45,466 bases of DNA from Candidatus Dojkabacteria bacterium. GTDB taxonomy: Bacteria > Patescibacteriota > Dojkabacteria > SC72. A model generated the notes under the pieces. The model did no database searches, had not been told where the DNA came from, and saw only the letters and a list, made by a program, of their open reading frames with translations. The DNA lies in assembly GCA_040773125.1 (NCBI GenBank), contig JAXGWV010000001.1, positions 1 through 45,466 on the forward strand, given 5' to 3'. The position numbers and the translations under genes were made by a program. Shown one piece after another: positions 34,569 to 44,100 of this stretch; position 1 is the first letter of the stretch; every line of letters begins with the position of its first letter.

Positions 34569-36806
34569 TTATTCAAATTCATCGGTATCCTCTCCTCCTA
34601 AAATCTCGGATGCCGAACGAACTAGTACCTTCCTTGGTTTAGATCCTTCATCTGGTCCGATAGCTCCCGCCTCATAGAGTTCGTCTATAATTCTTGCCGC
34701 TTTGTTAAAACCTATTTTCATTTTTCTTTGCAGGAAGGAAGCAGAAGCTCTTTGGGTAAGTACTACAATTTCTAATGCTTTCGCGAAATCAGGATCTCTT
34801 TGAACACTTCCTCCATTTATAATTTCCTCTGGACCATGTTCGATGGCATTGGTCAATCCAGAGGAATATTCTATTTCCTGTTTTACTTGGTCTTTGATAG
34901 CATTAACAATATTCTCCGTATCTTCAGTAGATGTATATGTTCCCTGGATTCTTATGGGTTTGGGAGTAGTCTGATCTTTGTAAAGCATATCGCCATTCCC
35001 AAGAAGTGTCTCCGCGCCTGCCTCATCAAGAATTACTCTGGAATCCATTAGGGTTGAGACGGCAAAAGCCATCCTCCCTGGGATATTTGATTTGATTAGT
35101 CCCGTGATAACATTGACAGTAGGTTTTTGTGTTGCCAAGATTAAGTGGATACCAACAGCTCTTCCCATTTGTGCCAAAGTTTGTATCCTCCCTTCAACCT
35201 CCATGCCTGTTTTGAGCATAAGATCAGCCATTTCATCAATTACAACAACGATGTAAGGCATTGCAGTAAATCCCATTTTATCATTGTATTCAGAAAGCTT
35301 CTTCGTATGGGTTTGCTTAAGCTGTGTGTATCTTCTCATCATTTCTCCACCAACCCACTCAAGAGCATTTGTCACCAATGAAACATCGGTGATAACTGGG
35401 GTGAGAAGATGTGGAATTCCATTATACATTCCCATCTCCACTCCCATTTTAGGATCAACCATTATGAACTTCACTTCATCTGGAGTTTTGGTCATCAATA
35501 ACCCAGCAAGGAGGGAGTTTATTGCAACTGATTTTCCAGTTCCTGTTGCCCCTGCAACAAGGAGGTGTGGTATTTTCCCAAGATCCTTAATTATTGTTTT
35601 TCCAGTTATATCTTTTCCAAGAATTAGGGGCAATTCGTACCTGTCCGTTCCTTGTTTTAATTTCTTTATCATCTCCTTAGTATATACAAAGTTTGGTGTT
35701 GGATTCGGTATCTCTACACCAATAAAGGATGTTCCAGGAATTGGAGCTTCAATTCTAATTGAGGCAGTCTGAGAGGCTAATGCTAATGCTAAATCATTGC
35801 TTAAGTTCTTCACTTTTGAAACCTTAATACCAGTACTTATACTGAGGGAGAATCTCAAAACAGTTGGGCCGACAGCTATAGCTACAACTCTTGATTGAAT
35901 TCCAAAATTCATCAAAGTTCTTTGGATGACAAGAGCTTTTTCTTTGTAGAGCTTTTCATCCTGTTTCTGAACTTCTTTCTCTTGAAGGATATCTATGCTA
36001 GGGAAGATCCAGTCAGTATATTTGGGTTCTTGTGGTTGATTCTCATTTGATTGTCCCTCTGAAACCCTCAAATTTGGAGTTGGATTTTGTGAAGAATGTG
36101 CGAAGTTGTCCCTATGGAGAATCTCTTCAAGTTTTCTTTCCGTTTCCATTGGCGAGGTCTCAATATATGGTTCTGTTTCATTCTCGTCGATAGATTCATT
36201 TTCAGTCTGTATCTTAATATCATCCCCTTCCTTAGTGCCAGTAAATTTGTTAAGGACAGTGAGGAGCCAAGAGCTTTTTCTTGTTTTATTCTCCCCTGGT
36301 TCAGGAATTGAATCTTCAACAAAATCTCTAATTTGTTCAAGTGTTGTTCCTGTAATCAGAGAAAATGCGAGAATTAAAAAGAGAAGGATAATGATTATCT
36401 CTATGGCAGAACCAAATATCCCGTTTAAGGAAGTGTGTAAAAACTTTCCGACTTCTCCTCCAGAGCTAGTAAGTGCTTCTGGATTTGCTAGTTGTTCTGG
36501 CTGTTGCCAGAAAGAGAGTAGTACTGAGATACATACAGAAAAGAGAAAAATTCCGATAAACTGTCTTGAAGAAACAAACTTTCTAGATTTGAAAAGCAGA
36601 AAAAGGGATCCGTACAGAAGAGAAATTCCCCAAGGGATTGCAGAATATCCAAAGAATTGCGAAATTGTCTGAAAGAGGTTCGATTGTGGTTGAAGAAAAG
36701 GAGAGACCATTACAACAATCCCAGCCACAAAAAGAATAGTTCCAAAAAGGATTTTGCTTTCACTACTTTTTATTGTTATCTTCTCTTTTTTCTTTTTTCG
36801 GGGCAT
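34569..36806 (-). CDS. ftsK: DNA translocase FtsK/SpoIIIE
   Basis: There are 4-5 N-terminal TM segments and a linker. The motor has Walker A (LLVAGATGTGKSVAINS) and Walker B (YIVVVIDEMADLM). A C-terminal gamma wHTH (ASASFLQRKMKIGFNKAARIIDELYEAGAIGP) is present. Confidence 0.95.
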   Translation of the reverse strand: MPRKKKKEKITIKSSESKILFGTILFVAGIVVMVSPFLQPQSNLFQTISQFFGYSAIPWGISLLYGSLFLLFKSRKFVSSRQFIGIFLFSVCISVLLSFWQQPEQLANPEALTSSGGEVGKFLHTSLNGIFGSAIEIIIILLFLILAFSLITGTTLEQIRDFVEDSIPEPGENKTRKSSWLLTVLNKFTGTKEGDDIKIQTENESIDENETEPYIETSPMETERKLEEILHRDNFAHSSQNPTPNLRVSEGQSNENQPQEPKYTDWIFPSIDILQEKEVQKQDEKLYKEKALVIQRTLMNFGIQSRVVAIAVGPTVLRFSLSISTGIKVSKVKNLSNDLALALASQTASIRIEAPIPGTSFIGVEIPNPTPNFVYTKEMIKKLKQGTDRYELPLILGKDITGKTIIKDLGKIPHLLVAGATGTGKSVAINSLLAGLLMTKTPDEVKFIMVDPKMGVEMGMYNGIPHLLTPVITDVSLVTNALEWVGGEMMRRYTQLKQTHTKKLSEYNDKMGFTAMPYIVVVIDEMADLMLKTGMEVEGRIQTLAQMGRAVGIHLILATQKPTVNVITGLIKSNIPGRMAFAVSTLMDSRVILDEAGAETLLGNGDMLYKDQTTPKPIRIQGTYTSTEDTENIVNAIKDQVKQEIEYSSGLTNAIEHGPEEIINGGSVQRDPDFAKALEIVVLTQRASASFLQRKMKIGFNKAARIIDELYEAGAIGPDEGSKPRKVLVRSASEILGGEDTDEFE

Positions 36807-36887
36807 AGTATAAAAATATAATAGGATATTATAGGTAATTTTTCAAAGGGATGTATACATACATAGATTGTGCGTAGGCCCATAGCG

Positions 36888-36896
36888 TGTTATAAT
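36888..36896 (+). promoter_or_regulatory. Extended -10 element TGTTATAAT heading a ~165-nt leader
   Basis: Lies in the 260-bp divergent spacer between ftsK and the 147-aa gene. The next plus-strand ATG with an SD is 37067. Confidence 0.4.
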
Positions 36897-36973
36897 GCAC
36901 GAGATATCCTTAATAGGTATCCATAGTTCTTTAAAAAGACAAAGGTTATTCTTCTCCACATAATTTTTTGATT

Positions 36974-37024
36974 CCTATGCTACATAGAGTTCTTAATTCT
37001 ATTAAGGGTTGTATGTAGCGTAGG
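36974..37024 (+). other. 51-nt two-tier hairpin in the leader of the 147-aa membrane-protein gene
   Basis: CCTATGCTACATA (36974-86) pairs with TATGTAGCGTAGG (37012-24), giving 13 bp with one G-U. Inside it, CTTAAT-tct-ATTAAG spans 36992-37006. No U-tract follows. Confidence 0.5.
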
Positions 37025-37066
37025 CTATAAAAAACCAACAAGATCCCATCTGAGAAAAGGAGAAAA

Positions 37067-37510
37067 ATGAAAAACTTTAGGAAATTATTAAGTGAGTATC
37101 AAGCAGTATTGTGGTATGTAATTGCCATTATCCTTTTGGCAATTGGCTGTATATACGTACCTCTTGTGAGGTCCATATTAGCTTGCCTTAGCCTTATCTT
37201 TATAATCATCGCCTCTGTGGCAGGTGTTTACTATGGCATAGAGTTCGGAATATGGCGCAACGATCTGCTGCACTATTCGAGAAGGAGTTACCTTGAAAGT
37301 TCGAAGGACTACGTTCACTTCAAGATTTACCTTGGTGATTTAACAACGGTAATTTGCGGTTGGCTTCTTATTCTAATCTCAATCTCTTTTGGTGTTGTTG
37401 TATGCTTTCTTTGCCTAAAATTTTTTGAAATTGTAAGGGGCCCTCTAGCCCTCATTACTTGGCTATTCATGTTTTCCATACTTGGTTTTCTGTTAGAAGA
37501 AAAAAACTAA
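37067..37510 (+). CDS. Hypothetical integral membrane protein
   Basis: 147 aa with 4 TM segments. A strong SD (AAAGGAGAAAAATG) precedes it. Confidence 0.6.
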   Translation: MKNFRKLLSEYQAVLWYVIAIILLAIGCIYVPLVRSILACLSLIFIIIASVAGVYYGIEFGIWRNDLLHYSRRSYLESSKDYVHFKIYLGDLTTVICGWLLILISISFGVVVCFLCLKFFEIVRGPLALITWLFMFSILGFLLEEKN

Positions 37511-37532
37511 CTTTTGTCTATTTTGTCCATTT

Positions 37533-37582
37533 AGTAGGACTCCCTTTGTTTTCAACACCTAGGAGTCCTACTTACCCTTTTT
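37533..37582 (+). terminator. Candidate intrinsic terminator
   Basis: AGTAGGACTCC (37533-43) pairs with GGAGTCCTACT (37562-72) across an 18-nt loop. A TTTTT run at 37578-82 follows. Confidence 0.45.
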
Positions 37583-37622
37583 CAAATGTATCTTAAAACA
37601 CAAAAATATCCTTAAAAGGTCG

Positions 37623-37651
37623 TTGACATCAAACAAATATTATAGTATACT
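37623..37651 (+). promoter_or_regulatory. Candidate sigma-70 promoter of rpoBC (TTGACA-17-TATACT)
   Basis: TTGACA lies at 37623-28, followed by a 17-nt spacer and TATACT at 37646-51. A second extended -10 (TGTTATAAC, 37740-48) lies 19 nt before the ATG. Confidence 0.55.
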
Positions 37652-37767
37652 TCCCAGAGTCGCTTGATTTTTTGATCAAAAAAGTAGTATTGTATGGGCC
37701 TTTCCGTGGCCTTTTGGATACCGCTTTATTCAAGTAATATGTTATAACATAACTAAAAATTTATCCT

Positions 37768-40700
37768 ATGCTAAAACCAAAAATTAATAGGTCTGGGAGA
37801 TTAAACCTGGGACTAAACTATTCAGGAGACCTTGAATTCCCAAATTTAATCGAAGCTCAGATTAATTCTTTTGAGGCCTTTAAAAAAGAAGGTTTTAAGA
37901 ATTTGTTTGCAGAAATTAATCCTGTAAAGGACACAATGGAAAAAATGTGGACTTTGGAATTTAAGGATTTTAGAATTGGCGAGCTATACAGAACTGTTGA
38001 TGAGGCCATTAAGAAAGGGCTCTCATATGAAGCTCCTGTCTATGCAAAAGTTCAGTTAATGAATAATAAGACTGGAGAGATTAAAGAACAGGAAATCTTT
38101 GTAACCGATTTGCCAATAATGACCGATGAGGGAGTATTCATTTTTAACGGTGATAGGAGAGTTGTTACTCATCAGATTGTAAGAGCCGAGGGTGTTTTGT
38201 ATGAAGAGTTGGATAAACTTCCAACGAGAACCTTGTATAAAGTAAGATTAATGCCTGGAAAAGGTCCTTGGTATGAAATAGATACAAATAGACATAATGT
38301 AATTTCTATGAGGATTCTTCCCAAAAGACCTAAAGTCCTTATTACGGAACTTCTAAGGGTATTTGGTTGGGAAACCGATGATGAAATCAGGAAGTTGTTT
38401 TCAGATGTAGATACTCATGAAGAGTACAAATATATTGAAGCAACACTAGCAAGAGATTTTACAAAGAGCAAAGAAGAAGCAGTAATTAGTATCTACAATA
38501 AGCTTAGACCAGACGAGTCTGTAACACTTGAAAGTGCAGAGAGATATATTAAAAGTAACTTTTTTAATGTTAGAAAATTTGATTTAGGGAAGATAGGTAG
38601 ATACCAGTTAAATAGGAAGCTTGGGACAAATTATGATATCAACAATCCAGCAGAAACAGTTCTTTATCCAATGGATATTGTTCTAATTGTTAAGAAACTT
38701 ATTCAGATAAACAATGGTGTTGTTGAGCCAGATGATATTGACCATTTATCAAACAGAAGAATTCGAAGTGTAGGAGAGATTCTTGAAAGACAGCTTAATC
38801 CTGCAATTAGGAGGTTAGAGAAAAATATTAAAGATAAGATGAGTTTGTATGGTCAAGATGCGAAGGTAACTCCTTCAATGCTTGCGAGTACAAAACCTAT
38901 TGCTGCTGCTATTCAGTCTTTCTTCGGAACGAATGCATTATCAAGTTTTATGGATCAGATTAATATTCTCTCTGAACTTGAAAATAAGAGAAAGGTTACC
39001 GCAGGTGGGCCTGGTGGTATTGCAAAAGAAAGAGCTACTTTCTCAATCAGAGAGGTTCATAACTCTCACTATTCAAAATTTGACCCAGTTACAAGTCCAG
39101 AATCATCAAATATTGGTGTTGTAGTTCAATTAGCAACATTAACGAGAATTAACGAATTTGGGTTCTTGGAAGCTCCATACAGAAGAGTGTCCAGTAAAGT
39201 AAATAATAATAAGAAAGAACTTACAAATAGAATTCTTGCAGAAGATATTAAGAAAATTGCAAAAATTGGGACATTTGTTGATGAGAAATTGGCCGAGAAG
39301 ATTTCAAAAGAGAAAACTATTAAGGAAGTTGCTGTTAAGCCATTTATTACTAATTCTGTTGAGTATTTAGATGCAATGGAGGAAGAAAAATACCATATTG
39401 GGCCAGCAGCTCTTTCAAAAGATGAATTTGGGAATATTTTGGATACCCTTGTCCCTGTTAGATACAAAGGTGATTTCTTACTTGAGGATGTGAATATGGT
39501 TAACTATGTTGATGCTTTAGCAAGCCAACAGGCAGGTCTCGGAATGGCATTAATACCGTTTGTTTCTCACAATGATGCAATGAGAGCGCTTACAGGTGCG
39601 AATCAACAAAGGCAGGCAGTTCCTTTAATTAAGCAAGAATCTCCTCTTGTTGGAACAGGAATGGAGGAGATTGTTGCAAGACAATCTGAGTGGGGAATAT
39701 TTGCAGAGGATGGTGGAGAAGTTTTGTATACTGATGCAAATAAGATATCTGTAAAGTACAATAAAGAGGGAGTAAAGGATTACAACCTTGTATCTTTCTA
39801 CAGAAGTAACGAAAACACATGTTTCACTCAGAAACCCGTAGTTAAATCTGGAGACAAATTTAAAAAAGGAGATGTTCTTGCAGATGGTCCTACTATTGTA
39901 GACGGAGAATTTTCAATTGGAACAAATCTAAGGGCTGCATTGATGTTTTATGAAGGTTACAACTATGAGGATTCTGTGATAATCTCCGACAGAATTGTCA
40001 GAGATGATTTGCTAACATCAATACATATTAGGGAGCATACGGTAGATATTAGAGATACTGAGCTCGGACCTGAGATGATTACAGCAGATATCCCTCATGT
40101 TAACGATCGAATTTTACAGAAACTAGATTCTCAAGGAATTGTAAGATCTGGTGTTTATGTAAAATCTGGAGATATTTTAGTTGGAGTAGTTGCTCCTAGA
40201 GGAGAGAAAGAGTTAACTGCAGAGGAGAGATTACTCAGAGCAATTTTCGGAGAGTCTGCAAGCGATGTTAGAGACAACTCTTTGAGAATTCCACACGGAG
40301 AAGAGGGTATTGTTATCAGAAGTTTAATTCTCTCTGCAGACAAAGGAGACAAATTAGCCCCAGGTGTTTTACATCAGGTAAAGGTATGGGTCGCTAACAC
40401 TAAAAAAATTGGATTTGGAGATAAAATAGCTGGAAGACATGGAGACAAAAATACAGTAGCAGCTATTCGTCCAATTGAGGATATGCCTTTCACTGAAGAT
40501 GGGGAGCCTGTTGATATTGTTCTTACCCCAACATTCCTTAAGAGAATGAATATGGGGCAAGCGGAGGAAGTTCATTTTGGGAAATTTGCACAAGAGTTAA
40601 ATCAGAAATTTGCTTTCCCAATTTTCGAAGGAGAAAATATGGAATGGCTAATGAATGAAATGAAAAGACAAGAAAAAGATATGTCTCAAAGAGTCGATTT

Positions 40701-41130
40701 GTATGATGGGAGAACAGGAAAGAAGTTCCCTAACAAAGTAACTGTTGGAGTAAAATATGTCTTAAAGTTAAAACATATATCAGATGAGAAGGTTCATGCT
40801 AGATCAACTGGACCATACACTACAGTCTCTCAACAGCCTTTAGGAGGAAAAGCTCAAATGGGGGGACAGAGGTTTGGAGAAATGGAAGTCTGGGCATTAG
40901 AATCTCACAGTGCTCCATATGCACTTCAAGAGATGCTTACTATTAAGTCAGACGATATTAAAGGTAGGGCGTCTGCGTACAAGGCAATTATCCATGGAGA
41001 TAAAATTGAGAATGTAAATGTACCAGAATCTTTCAAGGTACTAGTCAAGGAGCTTAATGCTCTTTGCTTAAATATTGATTTAATTTCAAATAAGACAGAA
41101 GAGGAGGTTGCTCAAAATGAAGAAGAATAG
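37768..41130 (+). CDS. rpoB: DNA-directed RNA polymerase subunit beta
   Basis: 1120 aa with FGTNALSSFMDQINILSELENKRKVTA, RHGDKNTVA, GGKAQMGGQRFGEMEVWALE and similar motifs. Confidence 0.98.
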   Translation: MLKPKINRSGRLNLGLNYSGDLEFPNLIEAQINSFEAFKKEGFKNLFAEINPVKDTMEKMWTLEFKDFRIGELYRTVDEAIKKGLSYEAPVYAKVQLMNNKTGEIKEQEIFVTDLPIMTDEGVFIFNGDRRVVTHQIVRAEGVLYEELDKLPTRTLYKVRLMPGKGPWYEIDTNRHNVISMRILPKRPKVLITELLRVFGWETDDEIRKLFSDVDTHEEYKYIEATLARDFTKSKEEAVISIYNKLRPDESVTLESAERYIKSNFFNVRKFDLGKIGRYQLNRKLGTNYDINNPAETVLYPMDIVLIVKKLIQINNGVVEPDDIDHLSNRRIRSVGEILERQLNPAIRRLEKNIKDKMSLYGQDAKVTPSMLASTKPIAAAIQSFFGTNALSSFMDQINILSELENKRKVTAGGPGGIAKERATFSIREVHNSHYSKFDPVTSPESSNIGVVVQLATLTRINEFGFLEAPYRRVSSKVNNNKKELTNRILAEDIKKIAKIGTFVDEKLAEKISKEKTIKEVAVKPFITNSVEYLDAMEEEKYHIGPAALSKDEFGNILDTLVPVRYKGDFLLEDVNMVNYVDALASQQAGLGMALIPFVSHNDAMRALTGANQQRQAVPLIKQESPLVGTGMEEIVARQSEWGIFAEDGGEVLYTDANKISVKYNKEGVKDYNLVSFYRSNENTCFTQKPVVKSGDKFKKGDVLADGPTIVDGEFSIGTNLRAALMFYEGYNYEDSVIISDRIVRDDLLTSIHIREHTVDIRDTELGPEMITADIPHVNDRILQKLDSQGIVRSGVYVKSGDILVGVVAPRGEKELTAEERLLRAIFGESASDVRDNSLRIPHGEEGIVIRSLILSADKGDKLAPGVLHQVKVWVANTKKIGFGDKIAGRHGDKNTVAAIRPIEDMPFTEDGEPVDIVLTPTFLKRMNMGQAEEVHFGKFAQELNQKFAFPIFEGENMEWLMNEMKRQEKDMSQRVDLYDGRTGKKFPNKVTVGVKYVLKLKHISDEKVHARSTGPYTTVSQQPLGGKAQMGGQRFGEMEVWALESHSAPYALQEMLTIKSDDIKGRASAYKAIIHGDKIENVNVPESFKVLVKELNALCLNIDLISNKTEEEVAQNEEE

Positions 41131-44100
41131 AAATAAATTTGATAGCTTTGATGTCTTAAAGGTTACTCTGGCATCTCCAGACCAAGTGCTTAATTGGTCT
41201 TATGGAGAAGTTACAAAGGCAGAGACAATCAATTATCGAACTTTCAGAGCTGAGCCAGACGGTCTTTTTTGTGAAAAGATATTTGGTCCAACAAAAAACT
41301 ATGAATGCTATTGTGGAAAATACAAAAAGATACGATATAAGGGAATTGTTTGTGACAAGTGTGGTGTTGAGGTTACGACATCTGATGTAAGAAGAGAAAG
41401 AATGGGTCATATTGACCTTGCTATCCCAGTTGCACATGTTTGGTTTGCTTTTGGGATACCAAACAAGATGTCAATAATACTTGATATTTCTCACAAAAAG
41501 ATACTCTCAGTTGTATACTACACAAGATACGCAATAATCACTGTAGATGAGGAGAGAAGAGGGGAAATGATGGAGAAAGCACTTGCTCTTAAGGGTGATG
41601 AAATTGAGAAATTACACAAAGAATTAGATGAAGAGCTTAAAATCACCACAGAGACATTTGATATGGAGATTAAGGATTTGAAGAAATCAAAAGACAAGGG
41701 ATTGGATTTGAAAGTAAGCCAGACTGAGCATAAGAGAAAACAGACATTGGCAAAAGTGAGAAGAGATTATGCAGAGAAAGAAGAGCAGATAGAAACTTTC
41801 TACTCAAAGCTTTTCCAAACAATAGAAAAAATTGCAGTTGGTGCCGTAATCTCTGAGGATGAGTATTCAGATTTGAGTGAAAGAGATTTAGTCTTTTTTG
41901 AGGCGATGATGGGTGCAGAGGCAATTGAGAAATTGTTACAGAATCTTGACATTGAAGGTGAATTGCAAAAATTAAGAATTAGAATTGAGAAGGAAAAAGG
42001 AGAAAAGAAATTAGCAACAATAAGGAGAATTCAGTATCTTGAGGGTTTTATCAAAAATGGTATTAAACCAGAATGGATGGTTATTAGAACACTTCCAGTT
42101 TTACCTCCTGAATTAAGGCCCATTATTCCTCTATCAGGTGGTAAGTTCGCAACTTCTGACCTTAACGATCTTTATAGAAGAATAATCAATAGAAACAATA
42201 GGTTGAAAAAGTTGATAGAAATTGGTGCACCTGATGTAATCTTAAGAAACGAGAAAAGGATGCTTCAGGAATCTGTTGACGCGTTAATAGATAACTCCCA
42301 TAGGCCTTCTAAGCCTATGATGAATAGTAAGAGATTACCTTATCAATCATTGACGGATGACCTAAGAGGAAAGAAGGGAATTTTTAGAAAGAACTTGCTA
42401 GGAAAGAGAGTTGACTATTCTGGAAGAGCTGTTATCGATGGAGACCCAAGTCTTAAATTCGATCAGTGTGGTATACCAAAATCAGTAGCTCTTGAAATGT
42501 TTAAACCATTTGTTATTTACAAATTGCTTGATAAGGAATTAGCTCCAAATGTAAGAGTTGCTAAGGATATGTTAGAAGAAGAGACAGATATTATTTGGGA
42601 CTTACTAGAAGAAGTAATTAAGAACAAGCCTGTATTACTAAATAGGGCACCTACTCTTCATAAGTATAGTGTTCAAGCTTTCTATCCTCGACTAGTTGAA
42701 GGAGAGGCAATCAGGATTCATCCGTTAGTATGTAAGGCATTTAATGCAGACTTCGATGGAGACCAAATGGCTGTCCATATTCTTCTCACTGATGAAGCAA
42801 TAGAGGAAGCAAAAAAGGAAATGATGTCTTCCCTAAACATTGTAAATATTTCTAATGGTCAGGTATTAGCATCTCCAGCAAAAGATATGTTGATTGGTTT
42901 CTATTTGATGACCGATTTGGTTGAATCAAAGAATCCAAGGATATTTGCTACAAGTGATTATGCGATTAAAGCATATGAGAGAGATGACATATCAATAAAT
43001 GAAGAAATTCTTGTTGGAATTAAAGGTGAGGCAATAAAAACTTCTGTAGGGAGAGTCATTTTTAACAGTATCCTTCCAGAAGATTATCCATTTATCAATG
43101 AGAGAATTGATAATAGAGGGATTAAGAAAATAATCGATAGAATCAAGAGTTCTTCTGACTTATCAGTAGTTGTTGAACTTCTTGATAATATGAAAACATT
43201 GGGATTTAAATTTGCAACAGATTTAGCTTTCTCATTCGCAATGGAAGATTGTCAGGTTGATTTTGATATTAAATCTGAGATTAAAAAGATTGAAGAAAAA
43301 GATGAGCAGTTATTAGATAACTATCTTCAGGGCTTGATTACCAAGAAGGAGAAGGTAAATATCTCAACAAATATGTGGGATGATTTTGCCGATGAATTGG
43401 CAGAAATGGCTTGGAACAAACTTCCAAAAGAAAATTCAATTTACCAAATGGTTGAATCTGGGGGTAATGGAGGAAAAATTCAGGCAAGACAGGTACTCAC
43501 CATTAAAGGTGTTGTTAGAGACTCAAGAGGGAATCTTGTTGCAATGCCTATTAAAAGTAACTATAGAGATGGATTAAGTGCTTTTGAGTATTTTGTAGCT
43601 GCAAACGGAGGTCGAAAGGGTATTGCAGACAGATCTCTAAAGACATCTTCATCTGGGTATTTGACAAGGAAGCTTGTTGATGTTGCCCACGATGTCATAA
43701 TTAGACATGATGATTGTGGCTATGAGGGAGAAGGTCTTGGCATTAGGAAATCTGATGATAGAAGAATTGATTTCAAGGATAGGATTTTTGGAAGGGTTCT
43801 AGCTAAGGACCTAATTATAGGAAAGAAAACTTTAGCAAAGAGGAACGAAATTATTACTCAAGAGATTGCGGATCAAATTGAGGAGGCAGGAATTGAAGAG
43901 GTATTTGTGAGAACTCCTTTACTTTGTAAGTTCCCTTTGGGAATGTGTAAGAAGTGCTATGGTTACAATCTTGAGAATAATAGAGAGATAGATATGGGAA
44001 GAGCTGTTGGAGTAATAGCTGCTCAATCAATTGGAGAGCCAGGCACTCAGATGACTATGCAAACATTCCATAAAGGAGGAGTTCAGAAGATTGATATAAC

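Noticed and set aside
35284-36672. Plus-strand ORFs 35284-35772, 36096-36311, 36106-36672 and minus-strand ORF 36068-36340
   Set aside because: All overlap the well-supported ftsK CDS, either antisense or out of frame. None has a recognisable motif.
37668-37683. Perfect 16-nt palindrome TTTTTTGATCAAAAAA in the rpoB leader
   Set aside because: An all-A/T stem around GATC is thermodynamically weak and expected by chance in AT-rich DNA. It has no supporting context.
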